From a virus (Duplodnaviria > Caudoviricetes), in the IMG/VR virus record IMGVR_UViG_3300035208_003026, positions 128,001-192,000 of that record: 64,000 bases of DNA. One strand, given 5' to 3'. Shown one piece after another: positions 9,911 to 18,803 of this stretch. The position numbers and the translations under genes were made by a program. The notes under the pieces were generated by a model, which saw only the letters and a list, made by a program, of their open reading frames with translations, ran no database searches and was not told the origin of the DNA. How positions within the stretch are numbered: the first letter of the stretch is position 1; each line of letters begins with the position of its first letter.

Positions 9911-12900
9911 GTGACCGTTCGCAAATCAGTTTCTTATCTCGAAAATCGTTGGTATGATGGTCAAAGAGTTGATCAGATCGATATGAATATTGAACAAAAT
10001 CGAAACGTCAGTTATGACTCTTCGATCGTTCAAAATCATTTCGGTTCTGGTGTTGTACCGCTTTCTCCTGTTCAAAAAGTTCTTTTTGATACAGAGAATC
10101 TGTTCCCAGATCAGGTTGCACTTATTGCATCTAATGATTTTGACGGAACTGGTTTACGACCATTAGAACAACCAACGGATAATTCTCTTGGAAACCAACT
10201 TGAAGTTGAACTAACAGACTCTAATCCAGAGATTTACCCATGGCATTGGCAATCAACTGCAATGGGCCGTCTTTGTACTAAAGTGTTAGTTATCGGTTTA
10301 GATTTCCAAGGAAACCTACAGTATGATAGGTTTTACTTCTACAAGAAAGAAAAACAGGTCACAAAAAAACACTATTCAAAAATACTTACAGTATTCTTTA
10401 ATGACTTTTTTGGTAATAATAACTGTTCTAGAAAGCTTGGTGGTCGTGTAATAATAAGAGAAACATCAAGCTTTCAGCTATCTCGTGATCCTGTGATGAT
10501 TGAACAGGACGTACAACCAAACCTTTTCTTCCGTGACTTTAAAGTTTCAAACACATCAGTTGGGGCGAACCCAACAGCTACTTTATACCAAACAATTCAA
10601 ACAGCTATAGGTACTGAATATAATGTTGATTCTTTATGGATCAATACTACAGTTAAGCGCGATTTTGAATTAGTAGCTGATGATATTACTACACGTCTTG
10701 GTGAGAAATTCTTAGCTAATAACAATAACATCCAAAAAATCTCATTGCTTTTAGGGGTTAGAAAAGACACTACTTCCGATACTGACAAAGAATACGACTG
10801 GAGTGGAGAACTTTTAGTTAGTGTTTATGAGCTGCAAAGTTCGATAAGTTGTCCAACCGATTTGGTCCCAGAGCTTGCTATCGAGTTCGAACCAAATCCA
10901 ATTCCATTAACCCAATTCAGTTTGGATCAGGATGATTTTAAGAGACTTGGCTATGTTCTTTCGGACGTTTTACAGCCCATTGATCTAATCTTCAGTAATA
11001 CGTTGCTTTCAGATACTATAAATCCAATAATCGTTCCTGGTAAATTCTATATTTTTACAATAGGTCGTGCTGGAGATGCTAGTACAGGAACTCTATTTAC
11101 AGGTATTGGAAATTCTCAGACTACAAATGATCGATTCACTATATTCACATCTGAATGGACAGATGTTCCTGAAGAGGATATGTGGTATCAGGTATGGTCA
11201 GATTCCGCAAAGGTAGCCGATGGATTCGCCTATGACGATGGCAATGGGATGGAAATCTCAAAAACCAATACAAATACATTGGGAGCTGTTGTTGACTACG
11301 TATTCGATCAAAAAGCATTTGCAGATGTTGGTCAAAACACATTAAATACAGCTGTGGTTAAAGCAGTTCTTGTACAGTCAGTACAGGAGCAAGATGAAAG
11401 AACTGGTAATCCAGTATATGCTCGTCAGAAGTTTGAACCGTCATTTAGTTTTGTAACTACTACAAACCTAGAGACTCTAAGAGAAACTTCTGAACCAGTT
11501 GTTATCGGTTGCGCTCGTGATACAAATCCAAAATCAGGAGAAGACATTAGCGGAACTCAACTTTTTCCAGGTCTTGCCAAGGGAAATGTATTTCATGTTC
11601 TTGCACCAAATTCCGACCTTATATCACAACAACTCATTGGCTCGGCTTTAATTCCGAATGATGAATGTCAAGCAAAGGAATACAAAATTGTATCTACAGT
11701 ATTATGCACTGATGGATATGGTGATATCAATGGTGATGGAATTGTAGATGATCTTGACATTTTTAGAGCTTCGGAACTTCTTGGAGAATCTTTACTTTTA
11801 TCATCAACTCAACTAAAAATACTTAATGGTGAAATTGATACTCTAGAAATTATCAGGGGAGACGTTGATGGTGATGGCTATATCACAGCTACAGATATAA
11901 ATCATATTACAGCGTATGTAGCAAAAACAAGAGCTAGTTTTGATATTGGAGATACATTCCAACGTTTGGAGATAATTGTCCAACGTCCAACTGGTAGGGC
12001 TGATGGTTATTATGACTGTGGTGATGGATACATTAGACTTGATGGATATTCTTTACAAAACATTGTAAGTGTATCAGATTTAACAGATAAAGAACTTGAA
12101 GTTTACGGATACAATGGATTTCCTGATGTTGAAGCTGAAGATCCTGCTTATCAGTTAGTTCCATTTGAGGCAATACCATTCAGAGTTCGTTCAAGTCTTT
12201 TCTGGGAAGATTATCTCCTTCAGTTCAAATCAAATGCCCGTGAAGTTCCTGTTACATTTACATCATCGACAACACCGGATAATTTATTAACATCTCTTGG
12301 TACTTGTGATGAATCTAATGATTCTATTTGTCAAGAAACGTTTACATTTGGAGCAAATGTATGTGACCCTGGTGTTAACGATTTTTATGTACCAAACAAT
12401 CTGATTATGGGTAACGGCCAGATACTTGATAGATATGGTAACTTCCATAAACAGGACATTGAACTTCACGTAATTACCATAGAAATTCCTGAAGTACCTC
12501 TTGGCCGTGGTGTTCTTGACGTATTCAACAAACTTGTTGTCAATCATGAAAATGGAAGAACCTCCGCAGGATTTACTGCAGCTAGATTCTCTGATTGTAC
12601 ATTTGTTGAGTCTGATGCTTTGGTAAAAAACCAAATTAGGTTTGGGCTGTCAATTGCATCTATTGCTCCAAGTCTAGATGGTTACAACTGGGATTTGGGA
12701 TACGGTGTCATCTCTGATGACTACCTGGCAGCATACATCGATCAGGAAGAAGGCATTCTATATTTCACGATGAAAGATGCTTTAAGTTCGGCTATTTACC
12801 CAGAGCTTAGACCAAAAATTCAGATTACAGCGTATCTAAAAAAGGCTGGTTGGAACAATACGCCATTAACAGTACCAAGAGATCAGGTAATTGGATTACT

Positions 12901-12925
12901 ATCAAGTAACGATCCGTATCCGTAA
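9911..12925 (+). CDS. Large virion structural protein with a dockerin-like duplicated Ca-binding loop
   Basis: GGAGA SD upstream of a GTG start. The N-terminus WYDGQRVDQIDMNIEQ is a baseplate-type start. Contains GDINGDGIVDDLD (11720) and GDVDGDGYITATD (11858). Confidence 0.55.
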   Translation: MTVRKSVSYLENRWYDGQRVDQIDMNIEQNRNVSYDSSIVQNHFGSGVVPLSPVQKVLFDTENLFPDQVALIASNDFDGTGLRPLEQPTDNSLGNQLEVELTDSNPEIYPWHWQSTAMGRLCTKVLVIGLDFQGNLQYDRFYFYKKEKQVTKKHYSKILTVFFNDFFGNNNCSRKLGGRVIIRETSSFQLSRDPVMIEQDVQPNLFFRDFKVSNTSVGANPTATLYQTIQTAIGTEYNVDSLWINTTVKRDFELVADDITTRLGEKFLANNNNIQKISLLLGVRKDTTSDTDKEYDWSGELLVSVYELQSSISCPTDLVPELAIEFEPNPIPLTQFSLDQDDFKRLGYVLSDVLQPIDLIFSNTLLSDTINPIIVPGKFYIFTIGRAGDASTGTLFTGIGNSQTTNDRFTIFTSEWTDVPEEDMWYQVWSDSAKVADGFAYDDGNGMEISKTNTNTLGAVVDYVFDQKAFADVGQNTLNTAVVKAVLVQSVQEQDERTGNPVYARQKFEPSFSFVTTTNLETLRETSEPVVIGCARDTNPKSGEDISGTQLFPGLAKGNVFHVLAPNSDLISQQLIGSALIPNDECQAKEYKIVSTVLCTDGYGDINGDGIVDDLDIFRASELLGESLLLSSTQLKILNGEIDTLEIIRGDVDGDGYITATDINHITAYVAKTRASFDIGDTFQRLEIIVQRPTGRADGYYDCGDGYIRLDGYSLQNIVSVSDLTDKELEVYGYNGFPDVEAEDPAYQLVPFEAIPFRVRSSLFWEDYLLQFKSNAREVPVTFTSSTTPDNLLTSLGTCDESNDSICQETFTFGANVCDPGVNDFYVPNNLIMGNGQILDRYGNFHKQDIELHVITIEIPEVPLGRGVLDVFNKLVVNHENGRTSAGFTAARFSDCTFVESDALVKNQIRFGLSIASIAPSLDGYNWDLGYGVISDDYLAAYIDQEEGILYFTMKDALSSAIYPELRPKIQITAYLKKAGWNNTPLTVPRDQVIGLLSSNDPYP

Positions 12926-12946
12926 TTTGTGATATATGCGACTAGT

Positions 12947-13117
12947 ATGGGTAAGAAATACCGTCGCACCAAAGGAGAAGCTAGGCGTCAACTTTGTGGT
13001 TGTCTTCGTTTCGAAAATGAAATTATAAGAATTGCTGTCGAGAGAGCCAGAAAAGATATTCTAGATAAAGAAGATAGAAGAATTTTTGAGGAACTTTCAC
13101 TTAATGGAGTGGTATGA
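12947..13117 (+). CDS. Small basic hypothetical protein
   Basis: ATG at 12947; its stop overlaps the next start (ATGA). Confidence 0.5.
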   Translation: MGKKYRRTKGEARRQLCGCLRFENEIIRIAVERARKDILDKEDRRIFEELSLNGVV

Positions 13118-14268
13118 GAATTAAGATACAGCAATTTCTATTTGGTAAGTGCCATTCATGGTCAATTATTGGTCAGAATCTTGGGAGGGCACTTATCAAA
13201 ATGGGACATGATGTTGACTTCATTTCAACTGATGGATTTGAAGAGAGATATTGTCCACAAGATCTTAGACCTCATGTTAAGCTTTCTGGTATAAATGGCA
13301 ATGATCTAATTAAGGAAGTTCCAAAGCTTGGACAATATGATTGTCAGATTAGTTATACAGCACCTCATAATTGGCCACATTACCTGATGAATGGTACTAA
13401 GAATAGATTTGGTATCTGGAATTACGAGTACAATAATAAGAAGTTCTCTGATTCTTTCAGAGTGTTGCTTTCTGGGTTTGCAAAATACTACCGAGCTTGT
13501 GATTTAGTTCTTCCATCATCAGGCTTCAGCAAAGAAGTATTCTTGTCTATGGGTATTCCAGAGGAAAACATGAGAGTAATTCCTCACGGAATTAACCTAG
13601 AGGATTTTGCTGAGAAGAATCCTTGGAAGTTGAATACAAAGAAGACAAAGAAGATACTGTTAAATATTGCTCAGCCACATCGTCGTAAGGCATTACATTT
13701 AGCTCTCAAAGCTTTTGGAGAAGCATTTACCAAGAATGATGACGTTGTCTTGGTAGCGAAAGTCTTCAAGTCAAATAATTCAGGTAGTCAATTTGATGTG
13801 GACTTTAACGAAATCTATCGTCAATTTGAAAAGAAGTATCCTAATCACGCTGAGGTAGAACTTGTTCACAGTTACATTCCAAACATTGCCGATATCTATG
13901 CAGCTTGTGATGTAAACTTTTCTGCTACATATGCTGAGTGTTGGCATTTACCATCACTTGAAGCATTGGCCTCTGGATGTATCAATGTTGTTCCTCGTTA
14001 CGGTGGTCAGCTTGACTTCTGTAATGATTCGAACTCATTGTTAATTGATGGTTCAATTGTTAGAGCACCAAGAGATCATCAGTATTGGAATTTCAATCCA
14101 TATGCTGTTCATTACGAAATTAACGTAGATGATGCAGCAAGCAAACTACAATTTGCTGTCCAAAACTATAACTCTTTGGTAACTAATTTCCAGTCGAGTA
14201 TGTTAGAAACAGTTACAAAATATACATGGGAGAATTCTGCTAAATGTATTCTTGATCTTTGTAAATAG
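13114..14268 (+). CDS. Glycosyltransferase, GT4 (GT-B) family
   Basis: GHDV, VIPHGIN, RKALH, YAACDV...ECWHLPSLEALASG (E-x7-E motif), YTWENSA. Confidence 0.9.
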   Translation: MRIKIQQFLFGKCHSWSIIGQNLGRALIKMGHDVDFISTDGFEERYCPQDLRPHVKLSGINGNDLIKEVPKLGQYDCQISYTAPHNWPHYLMNGTKNRFGIWNYEYNNKKFSDSFRVLLSGFAKYYRACDLVLPSSGFSKEVFLSMGIPEENMRVIPHGINLEDFAEKNPWKLNTKKTKKILLNIAQPHRRKALHLALKAFGEAFTKNDDVVLVAKVFKSNNSGSQFDVDFNEIYRQFEKKYPNHAEVELVHSYIPNIADIYAACDVNFSATYAECWHLPSLEALASGCINVVPRYGGQLDFCNDSNSLLIDGSIVRAPRDHQYWNFNPYAVHYEINVDDAASKLQFAVQNYNSLVTNFQSSMLETVTKYTWENSAKCILDLCK

Positions 14269-14348
14269 TCAGGATCTTTTCTTTAAACGATAAATAAACC
14301 CTAAAAGTTACCCCAGATCTTATTATCTAAATTAGATCCTTATAAAAT

Positions 14349-14364
14349 AGCAAGTACCGTGCCA
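14349..14364 (-). promoter_or_regulatory. Perfect sigma54 (-24/-12) promoter consensus on the minus strand
   Basis: The reverse complement reads TGGCAC-GGTAC-TTGCT, matching TGGCAC-N5-TTGCW, and lies in an intergenic region. Confidence 0.5.
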
Positions 14365-14366
14365 AC

Positions 14367-14582
14367 ATGCCAATCCAGAATGAAAAAAATTTAGCTATTG
14401 TTATCCCAGTTTTCAACAATTGGTTATACACACAGAAGACTTTGAAATATCTTCAACATCTTCCAAACGATCATCTGGTTATTATAGTAGATAATGGTTC
14501 AGATGATCAAACAAAGAAGTTGATATCTATACCATGCCGCGAGGTTGCGGCGAAACAGATTTTGGAGCTTTGTGTAAAATGA
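14367..14582 (+). pseudogene. Truncated GT2 N-terminus fused to a GT4-like C-terminal tail (recombination scar)
   Basis: AIVIPVFNN...IIVDNGSDD is a GT2 start. The tail EVAAKQILELCVK matches the end of the upstream GT4 (ENSAKCILDLCK). Confidence 0.65.
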
Positions 14583-15280
14583 AAAAGTTATCTATAGCAA
14601 TTCCTGTATGGAACAATTGGAGATTCACCAAGAATGTGTTGCTATTTTTTCAGAAACATAATGCAGATTTTTTAGAAATTATTGTGGTTGATAATGGAAG
14701 CTCTGATGAAACAGAGTGTGAAATTAGAAAACTTTCCGAATCTATGGATAATCTTCTCTATATTAGAAATGATATGAATTTGGGATTTGCCGCGGCTGTA
14801 AATATAGCTTTTCGTGCAAGTAAAGGTAGAGTTGTTTTGTTTTTGAATAATGATATAATGTTTTCATGTAAAAATATTGAGTGGTTAGAGAGATTATCAG
14901 ATTCAATAGATGATAATTCTTTTGTTGGGCCAACTGGTGGTTTGATAGATGAACAATTTAATTTTGTGTATGAAACAAAAGATCCATTCAAAGAGATAAA
15001 TTATGTTTCAGGTTGGTTTTTATGTGCTAGCAGAAAGTTATTAACTAGTTTGTGTGATAAAGATTTTGGTCCGTTTGATGATAAAACATTCGTATCTTAT
15101 TTTGAAGATACTGATTTGAGTTTTAGAGCACGCGAGATTGGTGTTAGATTTGTTATTTGTAATGTTCCAGTTCATCATATTGGGAAACAAACATCTGTTA
15201 AAATTGGATTGTCTAAAATGTATGCTTCTTCTAGGAAAAAATTCATACAGAAATGGAATGGCAGATGGAAGAGAAAATAA
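14579..15280 (+). CDS. Glycosyltransferase, GT2 family
   Basis: SIAIPVWN, VVDNGSSD, NLGFAAAVN, FLNND, YFEDTDLSFR. Start moved to the ATG at 14579 (ATGA overlap). Confidence 0.9.
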   Translation: MKKLSIAIPVWNNWRFTKNVLLFFQKHNADFLEIIVVDNGSSDETECEIRKLSESMDNLLYIRNDMNLGFAAAVNIAFRASKGRVVLFLNNDIMFSCKNIEWLERLSDSIDDNSFVGPTGGLIDEQFNFVYETKDPFKEINYVSGWFLCASRKLLTSLCDKDFGPFDDKTFVSYFEDTDLSFRAREIGVRFVICNVPVHHIGKQTSVKIGLSKMYASSRKKFIQKWNGRWKRK

Positions 15281-15383
15281 AACAAAAACTAAAATTATCA
15301 AATCTTTATAATCAATCAAGAAAGACGTTCTTGGAATTATGGGAAAAACGCACAGGGGAATTACACCAGCTCAAAGATTGAAA

Positions 15384-15500
15384 ATGCATTGGAAATGTAA
15401 ATGTTGACATGAATAGCTTACTACAATGTGTGTAGTTCAAAAAGGGCATTGGTGTCCTAAATATCATAAGTGTTATAAGTGTGCTGGGAGTACAAGATAA
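15384..15500 (+). pseudogene. Decayed zinc-ribbon domain (W-x-C-x-C-G-H-x-W...G-x-W-C-P type, DUF4379-like)
   Basis: MHWKCKC*HE*LTTMCVVQKGHWCPKYHKCYKC, with stop codons at the conserved G (TGA) and W (TAG) positions. Confidence 0.6.
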
Positions 15501-15501
15501 T

Positions 15502-16300
15502 ATGAGTAAGTTGTATATTTTAACATTGCATTGGAATAATGTTGTCAATCTAAAAAGATTACATGATTCTTTAATTAGATCTTTAAAAGATATTGATTAT
15601 GTTTGGTATATTAAAGATAACGGATCGGTGGATGGTTCTGAAGAATATATTAAATCGATATTGTCTGATAATATAAAATGTCATTTTACCAAACATAATA
15701 GACATTCATTTTCAGAGGGTATGAATATACTTTTTGAAAAGTGTAATCCTAATGACGAAGATTTAGTATTATTATTAAATAATGATTTGTGGTTTGATGA
15801 TGAGTTGTCAATTAAAAATATGATCAGTATTATTGATAATGATCTTGATGTTGGAGTTGTTGGAGCGAGATTGCTTTATCCAAATAATAATTTGCAACAT
15901 GCCGGTGTGGTTTTTTTGAAAAGATATTCATATCTTCCATTTCATTATAGACATAATGAAAAATCAACACCTAAAGATGAAAAAAATAAAGAGTTTCAAG
16001 CGGTAACTGCAGCTCTAGCATTAACAAGAGCAAAGTATTATAAGAACGTTTGTAGTACTAATAAAAGTGGTCGTCCAGGTTTGGACGAGATTTTTTTTTT
16101 TTTGGTGCTTTGAAGACATCGATGCTTGTTTATCGATTAAATATAAACAAGGAAAGAAGATAATGTATTGTGGCAAGACTAAAGTTTATCATGAAGAGAG
16201 TGTTTCTTTAAAAAAGAATCCTGTAAATAAAATGATGATGCCACATAATGTTAATATGTTTAAAAAGAAATGGAATGGAATATATAAGTTAGAAGATTAA
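15502..16300 (+). pseudogene. GT2 glycosyltransferase split by a frameshift in a T13 tract
   Basis: The N-part (KDNGSVDGS, LLNND, LQHAG, AVTAA, GLDE) and the C-part (WCFEDIDACL, VYHEES) are in different frames, joined at poly-T 16091-16103. Confidence 0.85.
16091..16103 (+). repeat. T13 homopolymer tract inside a GT2 gene
   Basis: 13 consecutive T. T12 or T9 would restore the frame. Confidence 0.95.
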
Positions 16301-16343
16301 ATATGATAAAATTTTGCATTTACACTTCACAGGAAATAATTAA

Positions 16344-17093
16344 ATGAATCATCACATTATCACATCATCCACCAAGGTGTATCTCCGCTTCAAAGAGAAA
16401 TATCCAGAAACTCAGTTGATGTCAACTGCGTTTGAGGGATTCTTGGAATTAGGTGCGGAAGTTGTGCCTTTTTATTGGATTGATGATATTGATGAGATGG
16501 AAGATCTTGGTCCGGATACTTTTGTGTGTGGATACATTGGTGATGTACACCGTAGTCTTCAAAAAATGGGTAAGTCCATTCCTGAACCGTTGGATTATCC
16601 AGAATCACTGCAAGAATTCTTGGGAAGAAAGATTTACAAATCAACGTTAGGTGAAGTTCGTCATGGCGTTGAAAAGGTATTTGTTAAACCTGTTGAACAG
16701 AAATTGTTCACTGGGTTTGTGTTCGACGGATCTTGGGCTTCAAGAAGACGTATAGTAACTATCGAGGACAGCACACCAGTTTGGGTTTCGGAATGTATTG
16801 AGATGGATTCTGAATACAGGTGCATCGTTCTGAACGGTGATATCATTGATGTGCGAAGATACAAAGGGGATTGGGCGCTAGCTCCCTTACGAGAAGTTGT
16901 TGAAAGAGCGGTGCAGTGTTTTGAACTTTCTGGTAAAGCGCCAGCATGCTATACTCTTGATTTTGCTGTGAATAATATAGGGACTGTTTTGGTCGAGGCT
17001 AATGATGGGTTTGCTTTTGGACATTATGGGATGTCTCCAGTAGCTTATGCAACCTGTTTGGCTGCTAGATTAATGCAGCTAGCTAGTGGTTAG
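16344..17093 (+). CDS. ATP-grasp domain protein (R2K/DUF4343-like)
   Basis: DYPESL, FVKP...KLFTG, SEYRC, YKGD, LDF...LVEANDGFAFGHYG. Confidence 0.8.
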   Translation: MNHHIITSSTKVYLRFKEKYPETQLMSTAFEGFLELGAEVVPFYWIDDIDEMEDLGPDTFVCGYIGDVHRSLQKMGKSIPEPLDYPESLQEFLGRKIYKSTLGEVRHGVEKVFVKPVEQKLFTGFVFDGSWASRRRIVTIEDSTPVWVSECIEMDSEYRCIVLNGDIIDVRRYKGDWALAPLREVVERAVQCFELSGKAPACYTLDFAVNNIGTVLVEANDGFAFGHYGMSPVAYATCLAARLMQLASG

Positions 17094-18045
17094 GCAATAT
17101 CGGTCTAAGTATTTCCCATTTTCTGCAGGTGTCCCATGGAAAACTGAACGTGGAAAGTACATTGTACCAGAGATTGATTCAGCAATTTGGCATAAGGTAA
17201 CCGGAGGCCGTGATATTATTATCACGGCCTTTGGTGGTTTGTTTGAATCTTTCTTTTCTCTATCTGTAGTAGAAGCTTTAAACTCTTTCGATTCTTCGCA
17301 TAAACTGTACTGGCTAGGTAATCCTAGTTACGAGTTCTTTGTGCGAGCGCAAGGGTTGAGTAAGGTCAGTAACATCAACCTTACTTCAGAGACTTTAAAG
17401 AGTTATCCAGTTCCGTTGTTCTTCGATCAGGATAACAATGCGTACATGAATGTTCTCAATAACTACCTTACCAGGACATCTTACTGGGGGAAATACCCGC
17501 AACAAGTTGATGCTCCAGTGGTAGAGCAGATATTCAGGAATGCAATGATTCCATGGCAAAATTATATTCCAGTAATGCGCAAAGCTGGTTCAGAGTTCTA
17601 TAACGAACTTGAAAAAGTAAATCATATTACATATCGATCAAAGATTGTAACTATTATACATAACATAAACAATGATGATACACTAAAATGGAACATACAC
17701 AATATTAAAGAATTTGCTCAATTAGCTGGTATAAATGGTTTGAAAGTTGTACTGTTTACTCATAATCCATTGATTTTCCATGGGACAAAAATGATAGTAC
17801 ATCAATATGATATTAGAAAGATAATTCAAGTACTTCAAAAATCTTGGATGGTATTATCAACAGATGTACATTGGTTGTTGATATCATTGATGATATCAGA
17901 TGCTAAAGTAATATCAAAATACATAGATGGACCATACGATTTGTTCAAAAATGCCGAGATTCTTCAGGTGCAGAATGATATATTTACAGACAAAAATTGG
18001 GTATCACCGATTGATGTTATTACTATTTGTGAAGGATTTTTATGA
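17086..18045 (+). CDS. Divergent GT9/heptosyltransferase-like GT-B protein
   Basis: IIITAFGGLFESFFSLSVVEAL resembles the GT9 N-terminus (GD...P...L); VLSTDVHWLLIS resembles GNDSGPMHLA. Confidence 0.45.
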   Translation: MVRQYRSKYFPFSAGVPWKTERGKYIVPEIDSAIWHKVTGGRDIIITAFGGLFESFFSLSVVEALNSFDSSHKLYWLGNPSYEFFVRAQGLSKVSNINLTSETLKSYPVPLFFDQDNNAYMNVLNNYLTRTSYWGKYPQQVDAPVVEQIFRNAMIPWQNYIPVMRKAGSEFYNELEKVNHITYRSKIVTIIHNINNDDTLKWNIHNIKEFAQLAGINGLKVVLFTHNPLIFHGTKMIVHQYDIRKIIQVLQKSWMVLSTDVHWLLISLMISDAKVISKYIDGPYDLFKNAEILQVQNDIFTDKNWVSPIDVITICEGFL

Positions 18046-18803
18046 CCGATACTACTCTTATGATGATTACTTATAATCGTCTAGACTTTACTTCAAAAAC
18101 TTTAATGGATTTGTTTGGTACAGACCCTGGTCGTAACTTCAACCTAGTTATTGTAGATAATGGATCTAGTGATGGAACGGTTGATGTCTTGGATACGATG
18201 GAAAAGGTAAAAGAGTTTAATGGTGAAGGTAGACTCAAAAAACTTGTTGTGGTTAAGCTTCCGCAGAATAAGGGTATCGCTGTTGGCCGGAATATAGCTT
18301 TGAAGAAAGCTGATGAGCTTGGTACCAAATGGTACTGTACAATTGATAATGATGTGAATATGCCAAATGGCTGGCTTCAAGAATGTGTTGAGATTCTTGA
18401 AGAAAATAAAGGATTCGGAATTGTTGGTGTAAATATGGAGGACACAATTTATCCAATGATTACAATGGGTTCGCATAAATTCCAAGAAAAACCTCAAGGG
18501 AATTTGGGAACGGCTTGCATGGTATTCCGCAAGCAGGTGCATCAGATGATTGGTTTCTTTACTACAGAGTACGGGATGTATGGGGAAGAGGATGCTGACT
18601 TTGGGATGAGGGCTAGAGTTGCTGGTTTTAAAATGGGGTATATTGAACGTATGGGAACTCATCTTGGGGCTGATGAGACTGAGGTTGGTGAGTATAGGGT
18701 TTTTAAAACAAAGCAACATGCAGACAATCTAGCATTATTTAAACAGAATTGTGCGCGATATTCTCAAAGAACAAAAGCACTTTTCATCCCATATAAGGAT
18801 TAA
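18042..18803 (+). CDS. Glycosyltransferase, GT2 family
   Basis: ITYNR, IVDNGSSDGT, NKGIAVGRN, IDND, YGEEDADFGMR. Confidence 0.9.
   Translation: MTDTTLMMITYNRLDFTSKTLMDLFGTDPGRNFNLVIVDNGSSDGTVDVLDTMEKVKEFNGEGRLKKLVVVKLPQNKGIAVGRNIALKKADELGTKWYCTIDNDVNMPNGWLQECVEILEENKGFGIVGVNMEDTIYPMITMGSHKFQEKPQGNLGTACMVFRKQVHQMIGFFTTEYGMYGEEDADFGMRARVAGFKMGYIERMGTHLGADETEVGEYRVFKTKQHADNLALFKQNCARYSQRTKALFIPYKD

Noticed and set aside
21-12925. Bacterial contractile injection system or tailocin locus
   Set aside because: Linked DnaB/DnaC, RNR, ThyX, sigma factor, inteins and dense hypothetical genes indicate a phage genome.
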